A stretch of 64,000 nt of DNA from Acidobacteriota bacterium (GTDB taxonomy: Bacteria; Acidobacteriota; Vicinamibacteria; Vicinamibacterales; UBA2999): the NCBI GenBank assembly GCA_013140775.1, contig JABFSA010000002.1, positions 16,467 to 80,466 on the forward strand, written 5' to 3'. The notes below the pieces were generated by a model that was given only the letters and a program-made list of their open reading frames with translations, made no database searches and had not been told where the DNA came from. Shown piece after piece: positions 38,417 to 47,035 of this stretch; positions within the stretch are counted from its first letter, which is position 1, and each line of letters begins with the position of its first letter. Both the position numbers and the translations under genes were made by a program.

Positions 38417-38432
38417 AGCAACCGTCGTGCCG
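38417..38432 (-). promoter_or_regulatory. Sigma54 (-24/-12) promoter of pilA
   Basis: On the minus strand the sequence reads cGGCACGacggTTGCt, matching TGGCACG-N4-TTGCW at all core positions except the first T. It lies about 95 nt upstream of the pilA ATG and directly downstream of the sigma54 activator gene pilR. Confidence 0.7.
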
Positions 38433-38494
38433 CTGCGGTCAGGGTGTTCGTTCAGGCTGGCAACCGGCTCATCGACAATAAGTTACGACTGACT

Positions 38495-38580
38495 CTGAAT
38501 TCAGGTGGGCCGTGCTGAGGTGTCGGCCACTCTTCGTCAGCTGACAAATTCCGTCAACTTCAGATGCCAATAATTGACGG
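38495..38580. promoter_or_regulatory. Cluster of palindromes upstream of the pilA promoter (candidate PilR enhancer sites)
   Basis: Three elements lie 60-160 nt upstream of the -24 element. They are CTGAATTCAG (38495-38504), GTCAGCTGAC (38536-38545), and CCGTCAA-16 nt-TTGACGG (38551-38580). Confidence 0.4.
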
Positions 38581-38586
38581 GCAGTT

Positions 38587-40047
38587 TCACTTCAAATTGT
38601 ACTTCTTCACGTAATAGCGAAACGATCGAAAGCTCATGCCCAGCAGCTCGGCCGCTTTGACCTGAACCCCGCCTGCCCGCTCGAGCGCCAGGGCGATGTA
38701 ATGCCGGTAAAAGTCCTCGCCGCGGGCTTCAAGGTCGAAGCCGTCGCCGAGCGCCGGCATCTCCCCAGTGGGGGCGGCGGAGGCGGCCGGTGCAGTGGGC
38801 GAACGTCCCAAACGCACTTCATCCGGCAGGCTCTCGGGGAGTATCGTTTCGGTCCGCTCGAGGGCCACCGCACGCTCAATCGCGTTCTGCAGCTCCCGAA
38901 CGTTGCCCCGCCACTGGTGATCCAATAGAAGCTGAAGGGCTGGGCCCGATATAGCCCGAACAGACTTGCCCATCTGTGCCGCAAACTGCGCGAGGAAGTG
39001 TTCGGCGAGAAGCTGAATGTCCTCTGCTCGCTCGCGAAGCGGCGGAACCTGGATGGACAGCACGTTCAGACGATAGAAAAGGTCCTCCCGAAACCGCCCT
39101 TCCGACACCATCCTGGGCAGGTCCTGGTTCGTCGCGGCAATCACTCTGACGTCGGCCTGAACCTCGTCAGTGCCGCCCAATCGTCTGAATCGCCGGTCCT
39201 GCAGCACGCGCAGCAGCTTCACCTGCATCGTGGTCGGCATCTCGCCGATCTCGTCGAGGAAGATGCTTCCGCCTTCGGCAACTTCCATCAACCCCTTCTT
39301 GCTCGCATGCGCACCGGTGAAGGCCCCGCGCACATGCCCAAAGAGCTCTGACTCGAGGAGGTTTTCCGGCATCGCGCCGCAGTTCACCGCGACAAACGGG
39401 CGATCGCGTCGAAGGGAGTTGAAGTGCACCGCCCGGGCAACGAGCTCCTTGCCGGTCCCGGACTCCCCGCTCACGAGCACAGTGCTCGTCGTATTCGCCA
39501 CAGTCTCGATAGTCGAGAACACGACCTGCATCGCGTCGCTGCGTCCGAGGATGCTGGCGAACTCGTGGCGGCTCTTGAGCGCACGCTTGAGCAGCAGGTT
39601 CTCGCGCTTCAGGTGACGCGTCTCGAGATGTTGCCGCACCTTCAGCCGCAGCTCGTCCATGTTGAACGGCTTCGTGAAGTAGTCCAGAGCCCCCAGTCGC
39701 ATGGCCTCGACGGCGGTCTCCGTGGACGCAAACGCGGTCATCATGAACGCGACGATCTGCGGGTCCAGCGACTTGGCTGTTCGAAGCACATCCACTCCGC
39801 TCATGTCCGGCATGCGAATGTCTGAAAGCAACATGTCGAAGGGCCCGGCTTGGAGTTGCTGAATCGCCTCGTGGCCGTTCTGAGCCAATGCGACGTCGTA
39901 TCCATCCCGCCGCAGCACGATGCGCAGCATCTCCCGCATCGACGGCTCGTCATCGACGACGAGGATTCGAAGCTTCCCTGCCGGCGCCGGCTGCACTGGA
40001 GACTCCGGCGCCGCGGCCGCCCCTCGACTGACCGATGCAGACATCAC
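38587..40047 (-). CDS. pilR: Sigma54-dependent response regulator PilR
   Basis: It has REC, AAA+ (GESGTGKE, GAFTGA loop VRGAFTGAH) and Fis-type HTH domains. It lies between pilS and pilA, and its start overlaps the pilS stop. Confidence 0.9.
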   Translation of the reverse strand: MMSASVSRGAAAAPESPVQPAPAGKLRILVVDDEPSMREMLRIVLRRDGYDVALAQNGHEAIQQLQAGPFDMLLSDIRMPDMSGVDVLRTAKSLDPQIVAFMMTAFASTETAVEAMRLGALDYFTKPFNMDELRLKVRQHLETRHLKRENLLLKRALKSRHEFASILGRSDAMQVVFSTIETVANTTSTVLVSGESGTGKELVARAVHFNSLRRDRPFVAVNCGAMPENLLESELFGHVRGAFTGAHASKKGLMEVAEGGSIFLDEIGEMPTTMQVKLLRVLQDRRFRRLGGTDEVQADVRVIAATNQDLPRMVSEGRFREDLFYRLNVLSIQVPPLRERAEDIQLLAEHFLAQFAAQMGKSVRAISGPALQLLLDHQWRGNVRELQNAIERAVALERTETILPESLPDEVRLGRSPTAPAASAAPTGEMPALGDGFDLEARGEDFYRHYIALALERAGGVQVKAAELLGMSFRSFRYYVKKYNLK

Positions 40048-41720
40048 AACGAGACCTCCGCAGGCATGGGCGCCACAGCCGGCTCCAGCGTCATCGGCAT
40101 GGCGCGAACGGGGAATCGAACGCGCATCGTCGTACCAACGCCAACGGTGGATGCCACCTGGATCTCCCCTCCGTAGTCCGTGACAATCCGGTGGACGATG
40201 GCGAGACCGAGCCCTGTGCCACGATCGAAAGAGCTCTTGAACGGCTGAAAGATGCCGTCGATCTCGTCCGCCGGAATACCACGGCCGGTGTCGCTGACAC
40301 CCAGGACCACCTCTTCGTGCCCATCCACCACCTCACGCCCGACCGACAGCACGAGCCGGCCTCCCGAAGACATTGCCCGCAAGCCATTGCTGGCAATGTT
40401 CCAGACGACTTGCCGGATCTGGTTTTCATCGGCATCCAGCCAGACCGCTTCCGGCGGCGCCTCCACGTCAACCGTGTGCGTATCTCTCGCTTCAGCGCTG
40501 TTTCTGATGAGCATTACCGTGTCACGCACCACTTTCGCGAGATCGAGCGGCGCCACCACGAACTTCTGCGGACGCGCGTAGGCCAGGAAGGATCGAATGG
40601 TGTCGTTCAACCGCTCGGATTCGCGAAGAACGATGTCCATGAGCTGGCCCTGCTCCTCGCTGAGGGACAGCTCCTGCCGGAGCACCTGAATCGAGCCTGA
40701 CATGGAGGCCAGCGGGTTCCGGATCTCATGTGCGATGCCAGCGGCCATTTCACCGACAGCCACCAGCCGCTGCTGGAGTCGTGCATTGCGTTCGAGGCGC
40801 CTGAGCTCGGTGACATCCTGGAACGTAAAGAGATACCCACTCCGCCCATTCGGGAACGTCAGCATCGTCGCCATCAAGCCGAGATCGAGGAGCCGGCCCG
40901 AGGCGCTTCGAAACTCAAAATCCGCTCGCAGACTCCCCGTCTCCACGAGTGGCCCAAGCTGTCCGCGCGTCACCTCGGGGAGTTGAAGAATCAGACGCGC
41001 GTCCTGCCCCACCGCCTGCTCCGGCGACATTCCAGTGATCCCCGCTGCCGCGCGGTTGAATGTGAGGATCCGTGCGTTCGTGTCGGTGGTGACCAGGCCG
41101 CTCAGCAATCCGTCGATCACGTATTCGTTCAACGCGCGGAGATCATCCAGTTGCAACGAGGTGTGTGCGAGTCTGGCATCCGCGGACCGGAGGCGATTGG
41201 CCAGCGAGCCCGACAGGAGCGCCACCGCAATGAATCCGCACACGTTGATGCCGATCGTGTACTGCGCGAATCGTCCCGTCGGCAGGTCGAACTCCCCCAG
41301 CCAATATGGAAAGGCACGTAGATATTGGGACACTGCCAGCGCCATGTACAGAAGCGCACTCAGCGTCGCGACCTGAACGGCTCCTCGACGGAACCGGATC
41401 ATGCTCGCGGCGATGATGGGCATGACGAAGAGGGATGAGAAGTAGCTGACGATTCCACCTGTGAGGCCAATGAATCCGGCCACCAGCAGCGCATCCGTGC
41501 ACAGCTGCAGATCGACCAGCCACGTATGGCGGTCGATCAGATGGAGTGTCGCGCGATAGACGAGACTGAGCGCGTAGACAATCGCGATCAGCACAAAGAA
41601 CGGATCGAACGGGAACGCGCCCGGGCGGCTCAACTGGACGAGGAACGCTGAGCCGAGCAGCAGCGTGCCGACGATCACCCTCGCCGCAATGAGCGCCTGC
41701 AGGCGCGAGCGGAGGTCCAT
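40044..41720 (-). CDS. pilS: Sensor histidine kinase PilS
   Basis: It has a polytopic N-terminal domain (about 6 TM segments), a PAS-like region, the H-box HEIRNPLASMSGS, and a HATPase domain (DTGRGI, GTGLGLAIV). Confidence 0.88.
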   Translation of the reverse strand: MDLRSRLQALIAARVIVGTLLLGSAFLVQLSRPGAFPFDPFFVLIAIVYALSLVYRATLHLIDRHTWLVDLQLCTDALLVAGFIGLTGGIVSYFSSLFVMPIIAASMIRFRRGAVQVATLSALLYMALAVSQYLRAFPYWLGEFDLPTGRFAQYTIGINVCGFIAVALLSGSLANRLRSADARLAHTSLQLDDLRALNEYVIDGLLSGLVTTDTNARILTFNRAAAGITGMSPEQAVGQDARLILQLPEVTRGQLGPLVETGSLRADFEFRSASGRLLDLGLMATMLTFPNGRSGYLFTFQDVTELRRLERNARLQQRLVAVGEMAAGIAHEIRNPLASMSGSIQVLRQELSLSEEQGQLMDIVLRESERLNDTIRSFLAYARPQKFVVAPLDLAKVVRDTVMLIRNSAEARDTHTVDVEAPPEAVWLDADENQIRQVVWNIASNGLRAMSSGGRLVLSVGREVVDGHEEVVLGVSDTGRGIPADEIDGIFQPFKSSFDRGTGLGLAIVHRIVTDYGGEIQVASTVGVGTTMRVRFPVRAMPMTLEPAVAPMPAEVSL

Positions 41721-41723
41721 GTA

Positions 41724-42932
41724 TTACCCGCCCGTCAGCTGGCTCACCAGGGCGAAGATGGGCAGATACATCGCGATCACGATTCCGCCGACGACTCCGC
41801 CGAGAAGGGCAATCATGATCGGCTCCAACAGCGTCAGCAGGCCCGCAACGGCAACGTCAACTTCCTCTTCATAGAAGTCCGCGATCTTGCCCAGCATCGT
41901 ATCGAGCGCGCCTGTTGCCTCGCCGACGCCGATCATCTGCACCACCATGGGCGGGAATACAGCGGTCTGCGCCAGCGGCGCGGCAATCGTTTCACCACCT
42001 TCGATACTCTTCCTGGTGGTGTAGATCGCCTCTTCGACGACGGCGTTTCCGGCGGTCTTGGCCGTAATATCGAGCGCCTCCAGGATGGAGACACCAGAAG
42101 ACAGGAGCGTCGATAGCGTGCGGCAGAATCGCGCCACCGCGATCTTGCGCATCAGCAGTCCGAGAATCGGAATCCGAAGAACGATTCGGTCAACGACCTT
42201 CCGGCCGTTCTCCGACGCGTAGTACGAGCGGAAGGCAAAACCCAGCGCCACGAGGCCTGCAATGATGAAGAGCCCGTATCGAACCAGGCCATTGCTCATC
42301 GCGATGACGATGCGTGTCGGCAACGGGAGCTCGGCGCCGAGCCCGGCGAACAACGACGCGAACGTGGGAATGACCTTCCAGAGAATGACGCTCACCACGA
42401 GCGTGGCGATCACGACGACGGCGATGGGATAGATCATCGCCGACTTCACCTGCCCCTTCAGCTTGACGGCCTTCTCGATGTAGGTCGCAAGCCGCTTCAG
42501 AATCGCGTCGAGAATACCGCCCGCTTCACCAGCCGCAATCATGTTGGTGAACAGCGAGTCGAACGTCTTCGGGTGCCTCTTCATCGCATCGGCCAGCGAC
42601 ATGCCGTTCTCGACGTCAGACCGCACCGTGAGGATGACCGCGCCAAAGTTCCTGTCTTCGGCCTGCGTACCGAGAATGTCGAGACACTGCACGAGGGGAA
42701 GACCGGCGCCGATCATCACGGAGAACTGACGAGTGAACACCGCCAGATCCTTGGCGCTCGCGGCCTTCTCTTTCGTCTTCTTGGCGGTCTTCTCCTTGAC
42801 AGGCGTGATCTGGGTGACCCTGATTTGATCGCGCCGCAGCGCGCTGATCGCGGCCTCCATCGAGTCGGCCACGCGTTCCCCGGCCACTGACTGCCCGGCG
42901 CGAGAGCGTCCACTGTATGCAAATGTCGCCAT
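41724..42932 (-). CDS. pilC: Type IV pilus platform protein PilC (GspF family)
   Basis: 402 aa with a duplicated GspF domain, three TM segments, and conserved LSTLLSSGVSILEAL and ATGALDTML motifs. Confidence 0.93.
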   Translation of the reverse strand: MATFAYSGRSRAGQSVAGERVADSMEAAISALRRDQIRVTQITPVKEKTAKKTKEKAASAKDLAVFTRQFSVMIGAGLPLVQCLDILGTQAEDRNFGAVILTVRSDVENGMSLADAMKRHPKTFDSLFTNMIAAGEAGGILDAILKRLATYIEKAVKLKGQVKSAMIYPIAVVVIATLVVSVILWKVIPTFASLFAGLGAELPLPTRIVIAMSNGLVRYGLFIIAGLVALGFAFRSYYASENGRKVVDRIVLRIPILGLLMRKIAVARFCRTLSTLLSSGVSILEALDITAKTAGNAVVEEAIYTTRKSIEGGETIAAPLAQTAVFPPMVVQMIGVGEATGALDTMLGKIADFYEEEVDVAVAGLLTLLEPIMIALLGGVVGGIVIAMYLPIFALVSQLTGG

Positions 42933-42955
42933 GCGTTTCCTCTATCCGACCGCGC

Positions 42956-44086
42956 CTATCGTCCGACCATCGTCCGATGCGCCGGCGCGCCAGGTCTTCC
43001 GAGCCCCGCACCTGCCACAACGCCGACACCGCGGTTGATCATTTCCTGGAGCTCTTCCTTGTTCGACGACTTCTCCAGCGCGCTCTCGAGCGTGATCTGT
43101 TTCCTCAAATACAGGGTCGCCAGCGACTGATTGGCGGTCTGCATCCCGAACTTGTCCTGGCCGGTCTGCATCGCCGAGTAGATCTGGTGCACCTTGTCTT
43201 CACGGATCAGGTTTCGAATGCCGGGCGTGGGAATCATGATCTCGAGCGACACGACACGACCGCCGCCGATCTTCGGACACAACGACTGACACACGATGCC
43301 CTCGAGCACGAGCGACAGCTGTGTCCGGATCTGGCTCTGCTGATGCGACGGAAAAATATCGATGATGCGGTTGATCGTCTGCGCTGCTGAATTCGTGTGA
43401 AGTGTTCCGAACGTCAAGTGTCCGGTTTCAGCGATACGCAGCGCGGCTTCAACCGTTTCGAGGTCGCGCATTTCGCCAATCAGCACGATGTCCGGGTCTT
43501 CACGGAGTGCCGCGCGCAACGCATTGCCGAAGCTCTTCGTGTCGGCGTGCACCTCACGCTGATTGACCAGGCAGCCTTGGTGCTGGTGCACGAACTCGAT
43601 CGGGTCTTCGATCGTCAGGATGTGGTCGTGCCGTTCCCTGTTGATCTTGTCTACCATCGCGGCGAGCGTCGTCGACTTACCGCTGCCCGTCGGACCGGTG
43701 ACCAGAATCAGGCCGCGCGGCTTCTCGGCCAGCGTCGCGAGGACGGGCGGGAGACCAAGGTCCTGAAACGAGCGAATCTTTTCGGGAATGAGCCGGTAGA
43801 CGGCGCCGATGGCGCCGCGCTGCTGGAACATGTTGCAACGGAACCGCGCCAACCCCTGGATACCGAAGGAGAAGTCGAGCTCCTGCGTCTCTTCGAAGCG
43901 CTTCTTCTGCGCGTCCGTCAACGCGCTGTATGCCAGTTGCTTCGTTTCGGAGGCGGTCAGCTCCGGCGCGTCGATGCGTTGCAGGTGACCGTGCACGCGG
44001 ATTTGGGGCGGCGTTTTCGTCGCAAGGTGCAGGTCCGACCCCTGAAGCTCGACGACCTTCTGCAGTAGCTCTGGCAATGTCAGCAT
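42956..44086 (-). CDS. pilT: Twitching-motility retraction ATPase PilT
   Basis: It contains GSDLHL, Walker A (GPTGSGKSTT), an Asp box, Walker B (ILIGEMRD), a His box (GHLTFGTLHT) and an AIRNLIREDK-like motif (GIRNLIREDK). Confidence 0.93.
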   Translation of the reverse strand: MLTLPELLQKVVELQGSDLHLATKTPPQIRVHGHLQRIDAPELTASETKQLAYSALTDAQKKRFEETQELDFSFGIQGLARFRCNMFQQRGAIGAVYRLIPEKIRSFQDLGLPPVLATLAEKPRGLILVTGPTGSGKSTTLAAMVDKINRERHDHILTIEDPIEFVHQHQGCLVNQREVHADTKSFGNALRAALREDPDIVLIGEMRDLETVEAALRIAETGHLTFGTLHTNSAAQTINRIIDIFPSHQQSQIRTQLSLVLEGIVCQSLCPKIGGGRVVSLEIMIPTPGIRNLIREDKVHQIYSAMQTGQDKFGMQTANQSLATLYLRKQITLESALEKSSNKEELQEMINRGVGVVAGAGLGRPGAPAHRTMVGR

Positions 44087-45858
44087 TACTTCACCGTCTC
44101 CCTGACGACCTCATCGATCGTCGTGACGCCTTCCTTGACCTTCCGAAGACCACTCTGCCGGAGCGTGATCATTCCGCCCTCGACCGCCTTGCGCCGCAGC
44201 TCCATCGCTGAGGCGCCGACGAGAATCAGTTCCCGGAGGTCCTCGGTGATTTCCATGACTTCGTACAGACCGACCCGGCCCTTGAAACCGGTGTTGTTGC
44301 ACTTCTCGCAGCCCTTCCCGCGATTCGGGATCACGGTCTTGGCATCCTCCGGCGAGAATCCAGCCTGTGCGAGCGCGGCCGCCGGCACGGGATGCTTCTC
44401 GGAGCAGTGCTTGCAAAGACGACGCACCAGCCGCTGGGCGCAGACGAGGTTGAGCGAGCTCGCCACCAGGAAAGGCTCGATGCCCATATTCATCAAACGG
44501 CTGATCGTGCTTGGAGCATCGTTCGTGTGAAGGGTCGACAGGACGAGGTGTCCGGTCAGCGCGGCCTTCACGGCAATCTCAGCTGTTTCAAAATCGCGGA
44601 TCTCGCCGACGAGAATGGTGTTCGGGTCCTGGCGGAGGAAGCTTCGAAGGGTTGCGGCGAACGTCAGCCCGATGTTCTCGCGAACCTGCACCTGGTTGAC
44701 GCCGATCATGTTGAACTCAACCGGGTCCTCGGCGGTCATGATGTTGGTGTCGGACTTGTTGATCTTTGAAATCGAGGAGTAGAGCGTATTGGTCTTACCG
44801 GATCCTGTTGGACCCGTGACGAGGACCATGCCCCACGGCTTCTCGATCGCGTGCTCGAACTTCTTGAGAGACTCGGATTCAAACCCGAGCTTCGTCATGT
44901 CGAGCATCAGCTTGGAGCTGTCCAGGAGACGCATGACGATCTTCTCGCCGAAGAGCGTCGGGAGACACGACACGCGGAAGTCGATTTCCTTCTGCTTTCC
45001 GTCGTCCTGGAAGCGGATCTTGATGCGGCCGTCCTGCGGCAACCGCTTTTCCGCAATGTCCAGCTTGGACATGATCTTGATACGCGACGTCACCGCATCG
45101 CGGAATTTCAAGGGCGGCGACATGATGTTGTAGAGCAGCCCGTCAATGCGGTACCGGACGCGGACTTCCTTTTCGTACGGCTCGATATGGATGTCGCTGG
45201 CGCCCTTCTGGATGGCGCCCATCAGCAATACGTTGACGAGCCTGATGATCGGGGCGTCTTCACCCTGTTTCGCCAGCGTCTCCGCGTTGATCTCTTCCAG
45301 CTCCTCGAGGACCTCGACGTCCTCCGCGTGCCCCGCGAGCTCGGGCATCTCCTCGAGCGCCCTGCTCGCGATGTCGAGCGCACTGGCGCCTGAGCCGGAC
45401 CCATTGGACCCGCCGTTGGAGCCGTTTCCGACGGCCCTTCCGTAGTACCTGGCGACGGCTTCGAGCACCGAGCGCTCGGAGGCGACGACCGGCTCCACGT
45501 TGTATCCAGTCATGAACCGGATGTCGTCCATCGCGAAGACATTCGTCGGGTCGGTCATCGCGAGCGTCAGCGTGGCGCCCGACCGTGTGACCGGAATGAC
45601 CTGATACTTTGCGGCCGTTTCGGCGGGCACCAGCTTCACGACCGACGGGTCGATCTCGAAGGTGCCGAGGGTGATCGAGGGCACTCCGTACTGTTTGCTG
45701 AGAAGCGACGTGAGCTCGTCTTCCTTCACGAAGCCGAGCGTGATCAGGTGCAGACCGAGCTTGCCCCCGTTCTGGCGCTGATGGTTCAGGGCCTCCTTCA
45801 GCTGGTCCGACGTGATGCGCTTCTCTTTGAGAAGCAGTTCGCCTACTTGGAGGGCCAT
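44086..45858 (-). CDS. pilB: Type IV pilus extension ATPase PilB (GspE family)
   Basis: It has an N-terminal MshEN/T2SSE_N domain, Walker A (GPTGSGKTNT), the sequence ILVGEIRD, and the tetracysteine CxxC...CxxC motif (CKHCSEK...CEKCNNTG). Its stop overlaps the pilT start (TAATG). Confidence 0.93.
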   Translation of the reverse strand: MALQVGELLLKEKRITSDQLKEALNHQRQNGGKLGLHLITLGFVKEDELTSLLSKQYGVPSITLGTFEIDPSVVKLVPAETAAKYQVIPVTRSGATLTLAMTDPTNVFAMDDIRFMTGYNVEPVVASERSVLEAVARYYGRAVGNGSNGGSNGSGSGASALDIASRALEEMPELAGHAEDVEVLEELEEINAETLAKQGEDAPIIRLVNVLLMGAIQKGASDIHIEPYEKEVRVRYRIDGLLYNIMSPPLKFRDAVTSRIKIMSKLDIAEKRLPQDGRIKIRFQDDGKQKEIDFRVSCLPTLFGEKIVMRLLDSSKLMLDMTKLGFESESLKKFEHAIEKPWGMVLVTGPTGSGKTNTLYSSISKINKSDTNIMTAEDPVEFNMIGVNQVQVRENIGLTFAATLRSFLRQDPNTILVGEIRDFETAEIAVKAALTGHLVLSTLHTNDAPSTISRLMNMGIEPFLVASSLNLVCAQRLVRRLCKHCSEKHPVPAAALAQAGFSPEDAKTVIPNRGKGCEKCNNTGFKGRVGLYEVMEITEDLRELILVGASAMELRRKAVEGGMITLRQSGLRKVKEGVTTIDEVVRETVK

Positions 45859-45908
45859 CTTGCGACTACACGCCTGATGGGGGAACGCACACCTGGACGT
45901 AACCGGCA

Positions 45909-45933
45909 GCCTGAGGTCCCATCTCCCTCAGGC
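45909..45933 (-). other. 8-bp stem / 9-nt loop hairpin between the OM protein gene and pilB
   Basis: The hairpin is GCCTGAGG tcccatctc CCTCAGGC, with no T-tract. It could be a processing or attenuation element, or have no function. Confidence 0.25.
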
Positions 45934-45984
45934 ACACCGCGTGTCGGATCGTTCGCCCGACCGGCAACGTCATAGTCCAATCCG

Positions 45985-47004
45985 TCAAAACGACACACGG
46001 GCCGCCACGCCCCACCCTTCTTCACTCGATGCTCCGCCACCCGCCGCGTGCCCATCGATGAAAAGTCCACCTCGCAATGCCACGGTCCCACCGATGGTTG
46101 CCGTTCGCTCGCGAGCCCCTCGCGTGTTGAGCCGTCCGCCGGCCCGCACGCCAAATCGCCTTGTCCCGAACCACTGCTCTGCGCCGACCGCCACAACCTG
46201 TCGCTCACCCGCGGGGGTGTCGTACGGTCGCAGGTCCGCGTCCAACGCGACAGTCGGCACCGCCGAGTCATCGGGACTGAAGGCCATCCCCACCCTGAAC
46301 TGACGCGGCAACCGCACCTGATCACTCGACGCACCTGGCAACGCGACGCTTCCAAACCTGGGCTCCCTGACATTTCGCACGAGCGCCCCGATTCGAAAGG
46401 GCCCGGCCACACTCAAAAGCCCAAGGTCGAGATCGAAGCGGCTTTCCGCTGAACCACCTTCGAGTTCTTCTCCGGAATCCAGCAGTTCCCCAGGATCGGA
46501 CTCACGACCGAGCCCACGTGTCCTCACTGTTCCACGGACGTATTTCAGAGTGGCGCCGACGTGGATTCCTTGAGCGACCGTGCGCAGAACCGTTGCGCCA
46601 ACCTGCGTGACCGACAGCGATCGCCCAAACACTCCAGCCCCACTGTCTTGTCGGCCGTCCGAAGAAGCGTCAATAGGGGTAAAGCGCTGTATATCCGTGA
46701 TGCGAAAGCGGTAAACGCTCATTCCCAAAGGCGGGGTTGCCAGCGCCACCCACGATGGCCGGTATCGGACGGCAGGGAGGCCGGGGGTCGTTTCGATCAC
46801 GCCTTTTCCCCAGGCAACATCCACAAAGGGGCCGGCAGCCAGGCCCGCGGGGTTCCACCAGGTGGCGCTGCTATCGGATGCCACCGCGACGAACGCACCG
46901 CCCATCCCGAGAGCCCGGCTTCCGACGGTCTCGACGATCTGAGCGTGTGCGGGAACAGTCACCAATAGGCACAACAGCGCCATCCTGATAACCTGAATCG
47001 ACAT
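45985..47004 (-). CDS. Outer-membrane beta-barrel protein (PorV/TraF-like GMGGA...NPAGL family) at the head of the pilB operon
   Basis: It has the signal peptide MSIQVIRMALLCLLVTVPAHAQ, the motif SRALGMGGAFVAVASDSSATWWNPAGLA, alternating beta-strand patterns, and the C-terminal sequence VSF. Confidence 0.65.
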   Translation of the reverse strand: MSIQVIRMALLCLLVTVPAHAQIVETVGSRALGMGGAFVAVASDSSATWWNPAGLAAGPFVDVAWGKGVIETTPGLPAVRYRPSWVALATPPLGMSVYRFRITDIQRFTPIDASSDGRQDSGAGVFGRSLSVTQVGATVLRTVAQGIHVGATLKYVRGTVRTRGLGRESDPGELLDSGEELEGGSAESRFDLDLGLLSVAGPFRIGALVRNVREPRFGSVALPGASSDQVRLPRQFRVGMAFSPDDSAVPTVALDADLRPYDTPAGERQVVAVGAEQWFGTRRFGVRAGGRLNTRGARERTATIGGTVALRGGLFIDGHAAGGGASSEEGWGVAARVSF

Positions 47005-47035
47005 CGAACGACCTGCGCTTTCCTTCGTCACATCC

